From: Ramazzottius varieornatus
Taxonomy: Eukaryota > Animalia > Tardigrada
NCBI GenBank assembly: GCA_001949185.1
Contig: BDGG01000011.1
Coordinates: 1,746,423 to 1,810,422, forward strand
Direction of reading: 5' to 3'
DNA: 64,000 nucleotides
The notes below the pieces were generated by a model. It was not told where the DNA came from. It did no database searches and worked only from the letters and a program-made list of their open reading frames with translations. Below, in pieces: positions 49,945-63,617 of the stretch. The translations under genes and the position numbers were made by a program. Positions within the stretch are counted from its first letter, which is position 1. Each line of letters opens with the position of its first letter.

Positions 49945-52900
49945 TCAATTGCCCAAAGGTGTGGTCACTTCGTCATAGTGATTGCCGTTATGTCCATTAG
50001 TGTGACCGTTGGTGGCGCCACTGTGATCGTTGCCCACCGTGCCCATGTTTGGAATGTAGTCTCGTGCCATCAGGCAGGCAAAGACCGTCATGACCATCTT
50101 CTGCTTCACTTCGACGATATCTTCGGGAAGAGCATAAATGCGAGCTCCGATCTTTCGCGCCATCGAAATGGCGTACTTGGCATTAGCCAGCTTTTCCTGT
50201 ACAACAAACCCCGTTGAAGAGAACCGAGTCGCATGCTCAGATCCATTTGGAAGCTCGGCAAACAAACTTGGCAATTCGTTCTCCAAAGTGGCGCACGCCT
50301 CAAGCCAGTAACGCCGAAGACATGCGCCGCTTGGAAGAACGATCTTGTTGATTTTGTCGTCCCAAGTGGCGTACATTATCAGTCTTGATTACTGAAGCGG
50401 GGCGCCACTTGGGAAAACGATCTTGCGAAGCACCCATTCCTCCTCCACGGTTTGGAGGAAGATTTTGTCATAGACAAGTCACTGCACCAACTCAGTTCAA
50501 AGATTTCTGGTGTACAACATTTACCTCAGTGGATGACGCGGGGTGGACTTGGCTATAATTGATCGAGCCGGGTTTGATAGCGTCGATCAAGTCAATTACA
50601 ACTCGTGCATCCGCGATGGACGAATCTTGGAAGTTGCTAATGGCACTGCTTTTCCCTTCGGACTTTAGCTGTAAAAAGAGAATCACGCCATCGTGGACCC
50701 CGAAAGACAAGCGTTTGATGACGAAAGTGCTCTGCATACCTTCTTGTTGACCCATGCAATGATTTCTTTCTCCACAATGGGGTTGCCTGATCGCGCCAAC
50801 TTGGTCAAGATGCTTAAGGTATAGGCGCGCATCAGCTGCCAGACAAGAGCTATGGAAAAAAGAACGAAGAATGGTAGCAGTTGTCTACAGTTAATGTGCC
50901 GTACAAATGAGTGCGAACTGAAGTGTACCCAGCGTTAAGGTTGGGTTCCTGAAACAACAAACCAGCGGTCAGTGAATAGTTCTGTATGGCATGGACAAGG
51001 TTGGTCGCCTTCTCAAGGATGGTAGACACACTTACCCGTCACTGATATCTTGACCGGCAATGCCCACCAGTGAAAAGTTCAACTGCCGACCCAGTTCCAC
51101 CGCGTAGTTGCAGTTCTCGACCTGTGGGAGACAAATTTGAACGTCTACCAAAATGTGATTTTATTGAAAATGAATAATTCTGAATCAAAGTTATCGACGC
51201 ACTTTTTCCATGAAGCCGCGCATCTTGTGAAAGTTCTTGACGACTTTCTTCCAATTAACAATACCGGGCTTGATAATGTCATACAGCTAAAACGCACAAA
51301 AGAAATGTCAGTTTATGTGTCCGGATGGAACGTTAAAAAGGAAGTCACAAAGTACAACTTTTGTCTGAAACAGGGCATAGTGCGTACCTGGAAAATGATA
51401 ACTCCACTGGTCAAGTCTCCATACAGATAGTTGACGTATGGGTTGACGCCCATACTGTTCATCCAGTTTCGGTACGCTACAAAGACAAAGTATGATGACT
51501 GAATAATTACCTAAAAAAATAAGGCTAAGAGCGCGACGTACTCTTCTCTTCACGGGTCTCTTCGAACGCCGCAATGTCCTCCAGTTGGATGCTACCGTCG
51601 TCTGGTTTCTCCAGTGCGGGGTGGGTGTTGAAGAGGTTAGCCACGAAAGCCACATTCAGCTTGTAGATGCCTTCCACCACGTCCTTCGCCGTCAAGAAGT
51701 GACGACAGTTGATCTTCCCGGCGTTCTTCAACATCAGTTCAGCTCGTCGCATCATATCTTTCTCCTGTTCAATAATCAAAAGTCTGTTTGAAAAATACTA
51801 ATTTCAGAATTTCCAACTGCTTGTCGACGTACACTCAAAGCGTTGAGGTCAACGTTGGCATCCTTGGGTGAAATCTGGTTCAGCAAGTGGCTGTAGATGA
51901 ACGAGTCCTTGATGTCGGAAGTGAAGTTGGTGAGGCGACGGTCGACTCCAGCCTTGGCCAAGTGGTAGTTGACCCATCGCATCAGGATGGTCTCGGGTGC
52001 CATCCTCAACAGGTCTTCGATCTTCTCGTCCGGTCCCAAGAGCAGAACCAGGCCCGGGCATTGTTCGATCGTGATTTGATTGAAGAGACCAATCTAAAGC
52101 ACGAAAATGAAGCGTTCAGATTTTTCGGTTTTACAATGAAAAGAAGCGCCAAACCACAGTACGCATCCCGTCATGGACGTGCGCCCAGTGCACAACCACA
52201 GAGTTCTCCAAGTTGGTATGCAGACGCGTGTCTCCAGTAAAGTATGCTCTGATCGACATCACGCAGATACGTACACGTTTAACCGAACCCTCCTGGTGTA
52301 CGTGTATGCAAGTCGCTGATGTCGACGGAACCCGGAAGTAATACCATCCTCAAAGCACTCATCGGAAGGGAATAACTTACCCGGATGATCTGCCAAAGAA
52401 GTCCGAGGACCAAATGGGGTTTTCCTTTGTTCAAGTCATCCGCGTCGATGTTGACGATGTTACATCCGATGGATTCGGCCGAATTTAATGCCAATGTCAG
52501 GTTCTCCCTCTTGGTGTAGGCGTTGAGGTTCTTCTTGTTGATGGCACGCTCGTCAATGGTATCGGGGCATGCCAGATTGATCGTCTTACTACAAAGAAGA
52601 AAACAGCCATACCATTAGTTATCGACGCTTCAAAGAGCTTCAATGGAGGAAAGCCTATCTCTCACAGTAAGTCTTTCAGCCGACCCGAACATTTGGGCTT
52701 GAAAGTCTTATAGATGGGATTTTGTCGGCTGGTGTAAATCACCGAAGCTGCTGCCATTTTCAATCAATGATTCAATAGACAACACCACGGATGAACAGTA
52801 AAATTGATTGTTGAGCAGCGTCAACTGTCTTGGTGAAATGAATACTAATTTTGCGACGATGGGTAAACTTTGACACAAGAAGAAGCTTTCGCGGCGCGCT

Positions 52901-55900
52901 GGCCTTTGTTGACAAATGGAGATTGTGTTAATCCCAAAGATGACTGGGTCGCTGTTGAGTCAGGCTAGATTTCAGGGTTAATTTGCCATCCATCAGTTTT
53001 TGGGGGATATATTTAATGGGTTGAGTAGCTCGAGTGTTGTCTTAACCTGCATTATTCAGCCATCAAATTACCCAGCCTCACACGTCGTCGTTCGGCAGCC
53101 TTCTTCCTAAATGCCAGCCTTGCCCAACCATGGCTCGCTCGCTGCCGTTGTCGGGACTAGGTCATGTTGATCTCAAGAATTAAGTTTCCCTCAATGCAGT
53201 CTGCTCGATGGCAGCGGACCGTATCTAAGTCACCCGAGCCCGCGCCATATCGATGAAGAAGCCTCAGTGGGTTTCAGTAGCCTCCATCGCCGATAAAATT
53301 TCCACTTGCTGCATATCCATGCCATTCGACGCCTCGCATCGCCTTGCGCTTCTTCGTTCTAGAAATTTTGCCATGCGAGTTTTTCGAGGTACTCTTAAAT
53401 CGTACAGAATCCTGTGTTAGGTTTTGATAGTTTTTCTGACAGACTTGCGAAACACCCTTTTTATCCAGCGGTTCATCAAGGCCTGAATATGTTCGTGTTC
53501 TCGGCTTGCATACAGTCGGCTACGTAGTACGTAGGTGTATGTATGTGTAGGTTTAATATGAGTCAAGAGGGCCTGCTAATGTTGCTGTTGTGCATAGTGC
53601 TATTGGTTATGGAAACCACAAAGAGTAAGATGATCATTGTAGTGCTCACAGCGGCGTGGCTATCAGACGGAGATGATTACGGTGGGGCTGCAAAGGTCCT
53701 TCACCTTCTCATCATCTGCGCTAAAGACTTCCTTCCGGCCAGGCAACACGGCCATATCACAAGCTGACAAGCGTAGCCTGACAGCTCAACTGATCTGACC
53801 AGCCTTTGCACACAAGCGCCCACTACGCCCAGTGAAAGACCACGTCACATTCTCCAAACTATATTTCAACCGGTTCTTTTAGCCCTCATAAAACACAAGT
53901 GCGATCAGAGTGTTTTGTGGTCAAAAGCTTACCATAATAAAATGCCATCTTTGACACTGTCATATAAACCGGTGCCTTCTTCGTCGATGGGCAGAAGGTG
54001 CTTCAAGTCAGGGTCGCGACCAAGATTTCTGCGGAGAACAACACACACAAACACTGGTTATTTGAGGTTTGAGCTAATCCGCAACAATATTGACAAAGTG
54101 ATCACGCCACATCTGTGATGCGCTGTATTTGCACCACAAAATAAACAGTGTCGTCTTCTAATCAAGGACGAATCATGGAAGTTAACATATACTGTGGAGA
54201 ATAGATTGCCTATACTCACGAATTTATCCAATCTGAAAACGCAATTTGCTCCTCAAATCTTATCTGCAAAGACAAACAAATAAACCATTTGACTTAGTGA
54301 ATTGAACTAAAAGAAAAAGGATTGATCGATTGATTGATTGTTGGGATTGGTGGAACGTACGGAATGTGTGGTGCCTTCGACGCTGGCTTCGGACATTCCG
54401 CCGTGGGTCTTGAGGTTTTCCTTCTTGTTGATCATTGTTTTGAAGGTTGTCGACACATCTTTCGACCGCAGTTTTGAGCACAACTGTCACAATGAAAGTA
54501 AGATGATCTTCTTCAGCGGTAAAGATGTGCAGGCGGAAACTAACCCTAGGCCCAACTTACTTCTTGGAATTCTGGGAAGGAAAGTTTGCCTTTGCCGACT
54601 GGCTGTTTGGAGTTGCGATCAAAGTCGTCGATCATCTTCCGTACTTCCCATTGGGGAATTTTGAAGCCAACAGCGTCCAGGGCGTTCTTCAGCTCGGCTA
54701 CTTCGATGAAACCGTCTCCGTTCTCGTCAATCTGAAAATACCAAGTCTCTCGTCACCAAATATCGTCACAAACTGTCAAGTTGTTTCTTGTCCGTATCGG
54801 CGTCTATAGCATTTCAAAAACTGCATTTCCCCGGTCTGAGCGTGGGCTGATTGCGTTGACCGGTACCCTTGTTTCCCTTTGCAATTTTCGCAGTTTTGAA
54901 TTTCAGTTTGTTCTTCTGCTCATTCGTGTGGCATTTTCGTGTGGCATTTTGTTTTGTCTGAAGGAGCAGTAGGCAGGCGAGGCTGAGAGAGTGCGAAGCG
55001 TGGAGCTCTTGAGAAGCCAAGTGATTTATCCGCTCTGCCACTTTCCACACTGACTTGTGTGAACGGCCAAATAGATGACTTTATTATACTCTCAAATCAA
55101 AACCAGATTTGTCTCAACCGACCCAGCTGCATTTTTCTACATTTTTCATTCAGCGGCTTTTTTGATGGAGACAGCATCAGAAAGTAGCAGGTTCAGTCAG
55201 CTTTGACGCTGAGTTCACATTTGTCTGCGCACGCGGAAGTCAAATTTGTCTGGCAAATATATTAGAGTACGAAAGAATTTTATCGCCCACTTGTGCAACT
55301 GTTGGCACAATCCAGACACTTATATTCCCTTCCCTGTATTTGCCTTTTTGATATGAATATACATTCGTCAGAAAGGTGGAGCGGTACTTTGAAGGAAGGC
55401 GCAGCTGTTCGATGTACAGTGTCATGTCGAAGTAATTGCGCGTTTGATGACGAAGCGTATACTTCCCTGGAGTGAAGACCGTGTAGTTGAGTTAGTCGGT
55501 GTTACCCTGCCCCACATTTCAGCTGACTCAACGAAAACTCGCCCGATCGATTTATGTGCATTCATACGATAATAATGCCTCAAGTGTTGCTGAATATCGG
55601 CCATCTGACCAACTAAATCATCGATCCAAATCAATAACCATGGCCAGAAAGAACTCTTGACAAATAAACAAACAATGACATATTTTTCCTAGTTTACGGC
55701 GCACGCCCAAAGAGCTCTAATCGAACCACCCATGCAACTTCCTCCTCGCGAAAACTGCAAATTTCATTCAGCCCAAGACTACAACTCGAGTAGACCGTTT
55801 TTCCAAGTGGCGCACATCATCAGTATAACTAGCCAAAAGCCTGCGCCACTTGCGAACAACGATTTCAATTGCTTTGGCAGTGACGCACGCTCACCGTATT

Positions 55901-56560
55901 ATTGGCTGGAAGACTGCGCCACTCACAAAGCCATCTAGTTGCTTTTGTTTGCCTGGGCTCCGAACGGCCATGTTTCATAAGCAATATCATAAAGAAGCGA
56001 TGGGTACGAGTCAAATTTTTTAGAGGTTGAAAAAATTTACCACGTCGGCGATACCGGCGCAGGGGGAAAAAACAGGTGTCTGCACTATAGGAAGTGCACG
56101 CATCACCGAGCGATACTTGATTAGATATTGCTGCCGTGTTTAGCGCATCCTCTCACCTGATGGAAGCCTCTCTAGCGTACATTACAGCCCCTGTCTACGA
56201 GCTCGGCGTTTCAACCTCATGACGAGCATCAATCACGTAACATGCTCGAGCCAGCCAGCTCTCGAGCTTCAAACAGCCGGCACGTCCGTCCAGCCATTGT
56301 TGTGGCGTAAACTGCCTAATGCATAATTATTATAGAGCGACCCTAAAGATGCTCAGGTAGACCGTACGGATGCGTTGAATAATAACTCATTTCAATTCCA
56401 ATCACGAAACAATAAACACATCATAACAATTGAGCGCGACTACCACTTCCGCCAGGTCGATCGGTCACGCATTTCACAAGCAACTTACCGTATCACATTG
56501 TTCCGACAAGGCGACAATTTCCTCTTTGGTCAACAGCAGTTGACGCTGGACCGCCGCCAT
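49945..56560 (-). CDS. PLS: plastin/fimbrin (EF-hands + two tandem-CH actin-binding domains)
   Basis: Exon 56489-56560 ([15 protein letters not shown]), 54561-54731 ([12 protein letters not shown]-hand), EGTTHS|[51 protein letters not shown], and last exon [38 protein letters not shown]. Confidence 0.97.
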
Positions 56561-57814
56561 CTTCCTCCCTTCAAAGAATTAGAAATCCACCTTGAGAGGA
56601 TCAACTGCGTGGCTGCAGCAGTATCAGAGAATATTGCTGGCTGGGGTATTGATATAATTCGACCTTGACGGAAGGGTAATGAGAACAGTGCAAATGCGAT
56701 ACAGGCACTGTAGAATGTGCTGACGGACAAGCAAAGTGCAACTGTACCACAGAATGGAATAATATGAAGGCTATCTACGGTCCTAACACATTTCCACGAT
56801 CATTAAAGACTTGGAAGATAAAAAGGTAGAGATAGATATGAGTGCTATGGCTGCAGCACTTCAAGACGATGGCTAGCGTAGAAACGATGGCCAGCACATC
56901 CGCGAAAGGCGTCGATCGAGACTCTCAAAGGCTGGCTGGTGTTGTTCAAACTGATAACAGTAACGTCTATCGTCAAACTATGCAGCATGTGAAACAGGTG
57001 GTGATGTGATGCCTTGGCTGTACTTCCGCTGGCTGGGCTGATCTGCCTTTACCAGTACGTTTCACACAGTATAACATTACCCCAGCAGCGCACGTCGACG
57101 AGGAAGCTCGACGTACGTACCGATCGCGCTATCCGGTTACTTCATACATTGCAGCAACCCACCTGAACATTTCTCGTTTACTATAATTAATCGTTTACTA
57201 TCGACCATCCGTATCCTGCTATAAAAGTAAAGGGAAAAACTGTTTTACCTGTTGTCGTAAGCGCATTATCTCATCTTCCGGGTAAAACAAATTATTTTCC
57301 ATAATGGAATTTGCCAGTTCAATATTTGACCGACCGAGCAGAGTTTCATAATGACCGACGACAGCGCAGATTTCTAGGGTGCGTTGGGTGGAAACTGAAA
57401 AGGACAAAAGGTACATCGGCGCTGTAAACGCTGCAGATACACAGGGCTGAGCAGCTAACTTACCTTTTGATCGTTTTATAATGACGGATATTGTCCATGC
57501 AGTTAGGGCTGAAAAAATGTGTAGTGTTCGCCATAACATACGCTCGGGAAACACCCCCTTCTTTTTCGGTACGGCAGCGGCTATGTTTAAAACACGTGTG
57601 TAGTGGATTGTACGTTTTGAAAAATTTAGATCTAGCATCACCACAAGCAACACGCAGCCCAATGACTGGTAAACGAGATGCTGTCAAGGAGAAAGACCGT
57701 AGTGCTAAAACGTGGAGGAGCTTCTGGCTGAGGGTACAACTGAGGCTGGCAGAAAGACATCGCCGGCTAAAGCAAGTGCCTTTCAAAAGCTAGTGTGTCC
57801 GTCCCGGATGAAAG

Positions 57815-60396
57815 TCAACCCCCCAGAGCCTTCTTTTTGGCAGTGACTGGAGTGGAGGGTGTAGTGACGACTTTGGTGGCGAGTTTGGTGGTGAGTTTGG
57901 TGGCGACTTTGGTGACTGGAGTTGAGGGTGTACTGACGACTTTGGTGGCGACTTTGGTGGCGACTTTGGTGACGGGAGTCGTACTCGTACGGATCAGATC
58001 CTTGTTACAAGTCTCCTTGAAATTGGGCTGACCAGCCCATGAAGCGTTGGATGGGTACTTGCTCATGTCGTACACGGCGTCTGGCTTGGTGTTTGGAAGA
58101 TTGAGCTGGAAGTCCTCTTTCTCGTACTTGACAGTGGGGTCGTAGCGCTTGACCGTTCGGTTGCCGAACCAGCCGTCGTACTCCTCCACGTACAGCACAT
58201 CAGCTATCATCCCCAGCCCGCTACGCATCTTGGCAAACCACGACGGTGACGTTCCACAAATGCTAAGATCAGACATTCCTCTGTGCCATCAGAATAATCA
58301 CAGACTTCAAGAAATAATCTTACTCTCCTTGAGAAGCGATTCCCACAAGCTGCCATCGGAACTGGTCGGATTTGGGCAGCCGACAAGCTAGCGGTCCTCC
58401 ACTGTCACCCTGACACCTACAGCAAAAACTGAATTCTGCCAGCACTAGTTCACCAGCTACAACATACAGTAGAAACCGAGCAGAAGAAAAGTCCAAGTGG
58501 CGCATGTGTACAGCCGATAACGGTGGGACCATGGGCCACTTGGGACGACAAACTCGACCGGATGGTATCCCTCAAGTGGCGCAGGCTCACGGCCAATAAC
58601 AGTAAGCACGTGCGTCGCTTGGACAAGCAATCGTGTTGAGTTTAGTTCGACGAGCTTCTATATCCTGATATGGGAGCTGGAGGATGTCTTCAACTTACAC
58701 GCCTTTGCCGCTGCTCCGAGCGCAAATCACTTCTGGAGCCAAGGCTTGCCCTCCGCGCTGGCCTTTGCCTTCGAAATACTGGATGGCTGCGCAGTATTGA
58801 TCCGTCACGAGAGTCAGGTCGACCTCCATCAGCTTCTGTGATGTGTAGTCCCTGGAAGTGTCCGAGGTTTGGACTGTTCGTCCCCAGCCCGTTGCGTAAC
58901 AGGAGGTTCCCGGCGGTGGCTCGGGCAGTTGTGCCAGGCAAATGGGCCCAACTTTGGCTGTGAACTGAATGGGCTAAAACAGATATCAACCTTGACAATC
59001 TGCGCGCTGTTCAAACTGATCATGACATCTTGACCGACCTGTTCAAGCTTCAGCATGCAAAAGTCGTTGCGCACATCTACCATCTCCGAGTTGTAGTACC
59101 AGCTGTAGAACACATGGGTAAAAACCTTTTTAACCTTCAGGGGGGAACCTTGTTGCTTGATGTGTTGTCCCACAAAGACCTGCACATCGCCGGCCGAATG
59201 AACCCTTCAAGACACAAAAGCCCACAACGGTCTGTCAAGTCTTCTGCAAACGAGCCTTTGTACTAACTTTTGTGGACCGACAGTACGATCCTTGTCACCG
59301 ATCATGCAACAATGTGCCGCGGTCATGATCCACTGGGGGCCAATCTGCAGCCCAGACAACAAAAGCACAGGGACGTTCAGTCAACACACTTCGTAAATTC
59401 GGAATATTGACGTACGATGCTTCCACCGCAGCGATATCTGCCTTTTGCGACAACAAAAGCCTGCCAGGGCCAGCTGTTGGGCACAGCCTATAGGAAAATG
59501 ATTGAGGTTTTATAGACCGTTGACATTATTAGAGCTGGTCACATACCTCGGTACCACCGACAATTCTGGGCTTAAAGGGTTGTTTGGCGTTGAGCGGACC
59601 GGCAACTCCGCACTTGTCGGTGCATATCTCGTCTTCCCCTTCGGCACAGTCTTTGACGCCATCGCACAATTTGCTCTGAGGTATGCACTTGTTGGTGAGC
59701 CGGCCCATAGGGCAAAAGTAGTGATCCTGACCACATTCCACCGCTACAAGGTTTCGACGCATCACCCCAGTATCAATTGTGGGAAGATTATGCCCTATTC
59801 CCTGCGGACTTACAGGTAAACTCCATTGTGAAAGAAGTGGTCGTTTTGGTGCTTCCCAGGTGCGTGACATTCTGTTGATATACACATAGGTCATCATCTT
59901 TAGATGAAGAAAATTAATATTTACGAAAGGTTCTGAAGGTAGAATCTACTCTTACGAGAAAATCGGTAAAGGAATATATCGTCAGCAACTTGTTTCCACA
60001 GATGGTGACCAGAGGGAAGAGGGGATCTGCATAAAAAAACAAAGCTATGCTTGCTTCAGCCATAAGCCATCTTCATAGCGCATAATTCGACCGACATTTA
60101 TTGTCGACGACTTTGAGGAGAGGTGGTACGTCAATATCGCAAAAGTTTTGATAAAGCTCGTGCGGCTGGAATTTGCCCATGTTTAGCTGCTTCAAGGTGA
60201 TCCTCATGGGGTAACCATTGCCCAGTACGTTCCATCTTTTGACGGCGTTGGACGACAGTGTCGATGTGATGCTTTTAGTGTCACCAAGTTTGTCCAACTG
60301 AAGCACAGTGGGACACTCGGAGAAGGCGCGGACCCTTTCAAATGGTAAGATACTCCACATCAAGCATGTCGTCGACAGAAACAGACGAGCATGCAT
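57815..60396 (-). CDS. secreted modular S1A serine protease (CUB-like + LDLa + protease + Thr/Lys-rich tail)
   Basis: Signal peptide, LDLa CIPQSKLCDGVKDCAEGEDE, activation site R|IVGG, catalytic triad TAAHC / NDFCMLKL / GVCQGDSGGPL, with in-frame GT-AG junctions. Confidence 0.93.
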
Positions 60397-60799
60397 TCTC
60401 TTAACCTAAGTGTATTACAAGTTCAGATCAGCACACCTCGGTATTAGTATGACAGAAGAGAATATTTCTACCACAGTCACTGTGGTTTCTCAATGTTTCT
60501 GATATCGGCATTTTGGACAGAGCAGACCTTTGGAGAAAAAAGAGGTCTGTTGCTATGACGGATTCCTGATTTGAACAAGTGAGCAAAACAATAGTAAGCT
60601 CAAGGACAGCTTGAAGGAGTTTCCTGGCAAAAACGACTGGTGAAACTGTTGCCGTACAAGCCAGGCAACTCTTTCTGCAGGCAAGAAATCGGGCGTGAAC
60701 CTGTCAAAAAGAGGAGTCCGGCCGGAGTCAGCAAATGTTTCATACGAAATATTTGTAGAAGGCAAGCAAACTGAGCAATCCAGAAACAGGTACAGTGTA

Positions 60800-60996
60800 C
60801 ACGCATGAGCCGAAAATATGGGCCAGTAAAAATGATGGACCAGGCGGAAAAGACGGCAAAATGGATATCCAGCCGTAGAAAAATGACCCAGAGCACGTTA
60901 CTGTGAATGAGTCGAGTCCGTACGGGCTTCCGTACCGCCGTAGCGAAAAGGCCTGGTCCATAATTTGTACTGGCCCATAATTTTTCGTCGTTCGTG
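60800..60996. mobile_element. TA-flanked MITE (CACGCAC family)
   Basis: TA|CACGCATGAGCCGAAAATATGGGCCAGTAAAA ... TACTGGCCCATAATTTTTCGTCGTTCGTG|TA. Confidence 0.8.
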
Positions 60997-61879
60997 TACT
61001 CAAAATGATGTCCGCGTGATGTGGCGCAAATGTCGATTGTTTTTACAGGAAATCTACAGTAAGCTCGCCCGTTCAGCCCATCCCAACTCATAAGACATTG
61101 CTTTCACTCTTTGGACCAAGTATAAAACAGAACCAGGAGCAGTCAGGGCTTTCCGTCATCCACATTCCATCCCTCTGGACCTCAACCTCGGGTGTCCCGA
61201 AAAGGTATATTTGGCGCCACTTCAGAGTGGTCTGCTTGGCTGCTGTGCTGGTCATTGCGTCCATCACCTTTCAGGTACTGACACGCAGTGTGACCTCTCT
61301 CGAAATTATTCTGAAGATGCTTGTCCTTGCTTTAGGAATTGAGCTGCCGCGCAGGTGCAAGAGGGATGCAGGCCCGGAAGACTGATTTACTGAGTGTAAG
61401 AGCGCCGTCATCACCTCCATCGTGGAACAAGTGGACATGTGGCCGAACGTAACTTGCCCCAGTTCTTGCGCACACAAAGCAATCAGAAGGGCTGACAGAT
61501 TTCGACAGACCTTAGTATGCCTGGACAAGTGCGAGTTTTTCTGGCAAGGGATTAACGCCAGTCTGTCCACTCTGATCCTCAAACCAATATGATAGCATGA
61601 TAGAGCAGAGTTTGCTCCACAAACTCTGGAAAACTAAATCGACGAAATAAAAACCTGGAAGACGCCACAGGAAGCGGAAGTGACGTCAAATTCAGGGCGG
61701 ATCACCAGTGTGACAGCAATTCAACTGATTTGATTCCCTAATGGTTGATTTGATAGTGATTGAACCAGTTGCGCTTGTACTCTACGCTAAGCCAAGCGCA
61801 ATCAGTTTTGCTGTGCCTGTTGCTTCATTGCTCTTACATTCATCGTTCCGTTACTGCGTGATTTCCACTGTCGCCCGAA

Positions 61880-62601
61880 ATGGATTCCGTTAATCCGATG
61901 AATGTGTTGAAGCTTCTGGAGGAGGAATACAAGCAGCTCTTCCAACTGGATGGACAACTGAGCGAGGCTGATAAGCAGTTAAAAGAACTCGTCAAAGGTA
62001 TTGTACTGTTGCCGTTTACTATGGCTGACATTGATATGAGATATTCCACCTTTCTGTTTCTGTTTCAGAATTTATGGATTTTAAAATCAACCGAGCAGGA
62101 AGTTCTTCGTTGGCACTTGAAGAAGACCTGCAATATGAACTGCAAACAGACATGCAGACGTTCGACGAGTTCGAGAAGTTGGTTGCTGCGTCTAATCAGC
62201 TGGCTGAACCCGACGCAAATCCTAGCCAAGAAGATAAAGTCGTCGAGCCTCTCTCCAGTGGAACGGAACCATCGTCCAACGAATTCTATGTCCCGCGAAT
62301 ACCGAACCCAAAACAGCCGCCAAGTAACGCAGTCACCCTCGACTACAAGAAACGCTCCGTCGATTTCTGGAGGAATGTCGCTACGAAGCAACGACGTAGC
62401 CTTTCGTGTGTCCAGACCAAGTTCGAGAAAGGCACAAGTTTTCGACAACTCCAAGAATGGTCCCGACATGTTGCTGAGGGCGGTCTCAGATCCTGCCATT
62501 GGTTGCTCGTATCCAGGTTTTTCATCCTGCAAAGAAGAACCAAACATCAGGAAACATTCCAACCCAATCTAGAACGAATTTTTCCCCGGAAAAAGCACTA
62601 A
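61880..62601 (+). mobile_element. truncated N-terminus of a Tc4/Tc5-like (pogo-related) transposase
   Basis: Two exons (intron ~61998-62068) give ...LDYKKRSVDFWRN..KQRRSLSCVQTKF...RQLQEW..HVAEGG, a pre-CENP-B HTH pattern. The similarity ends near 62490 and no DDE region follows. Confidence 0.55.
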
Positions 62602-62779
62602 TGAGAGGCCGCTAAACATAAAACATGAAATTGTTTATTCCAGTGGCGCACGCTACCAGCCAGTAATAACAGAAACGCCACTTAAGGTAACGGCCTCCCA
62701 AATGATTCATTGTATTCGAGTTCATCTGGAAGCAGGGTAGAAACCTTCGGGAAGAATTCCAGGATAAACAACGAACGGG

Positions 62780-63500
62780 AAACGTGGCTCACTGTTCACG
62801 TTGCTTATTCTGCTGTTCCTTCTCGATGGCATCGCAGCTGGTGTTGTCGAAGAGCTGATCGGTGTGGTAGCCAGGCTTAGCTTCGGTTTGCTGATTTCCG
62901 CCTTCCGACTTGTTACCAGACTGCGTCTCCTGCAACCAGAAAAATTGATTGGATATACCGTACCCTCAAGCAGGAAGTATAGGAAGAGAAAAGTGAGCAA
63001 CAAAACTATTGAAAGCCGAAGAAAAGCTGTGAAGTACCTTTGCTGATTTCCAACTTGCGGAACTCTTCACTGGCAGAACTGGCAGCTTCTACGTCGAGTC
63101 GCTTTGCGGGCTTCCTCAATGCCAAATCGACTTCGGCTCTGCATTCCCTCGTTGAAACCTAAGACAAACGAAAAGCATAGACCGAAAACAACGGAGAGTA
63201 GACTAGAAAGAGACGAGTGAAGTTTCCAACTTTGCCTTAGAACGAAGGAGGAAGTGCAAACTGAACCGGAAGTCTTACCTTATCCTTGTCCGCCGGTCTA
63301 TCCACCTCGGTTGTAGCCTCGGTTCCAGTTTCCTCCTCAGGACGAGTAGACGTTGCTGCTGCCGTTGCTGTTTCCGCCCCGATTTCCACCGGGGAAACAG
63401 CGCTGCTGTCCACCTCCACACTGCTGTCCGCCCTGCTGGCTGTTCATCAGGTTCTGGACGGAAACTGGCTTGCCGTTCATGTTCTGTGAACCACTTCCTG
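62780..63500 (-). pseudogene. LSM14/RAP55-like pseudogene (RGG, FDF-, FFD- and TFG-like boxes)
   Basis: A G/Q/N/RGG-rich exon with stops (GGNWNRGYNRGG*), then D.DVEAAS..EEFRKL, then YHTDQLFDNTSCDAIEKE and VNSE-TF, across three GT-AG exons with frameshifts. Confidence 0.6.
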
Positions 63501-63519
63501 GATCAGACTTATTCTGTTA

Positions 63520-63617
63520 TTCAGGATGACCCGGAAACCACATGCAACCGCTTGCTACACCCTGCGTCCACACGACGCATGGAGCGCCGTTGCATGTTGC
63601 TTCCGGGTTATCCTGAA
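63520..63617. mobile_element. short palindromic MITE
   Basis: TA|TTCAGGATGACCCGGAAACCACATGCAAC...GTTGCATGTTGCTTCCGGGTTATCCTGAA|TA. Confidence 0.8.

Noticed and set aside
61200-61592. Small Cys-rich secreted peptide with an in-frame TGA (possible selenocysteine)
   Set aside because: No ATG, splice phases inconsistent between the signal-like exon and the Cys-rich frame, and no SECIS recognised.
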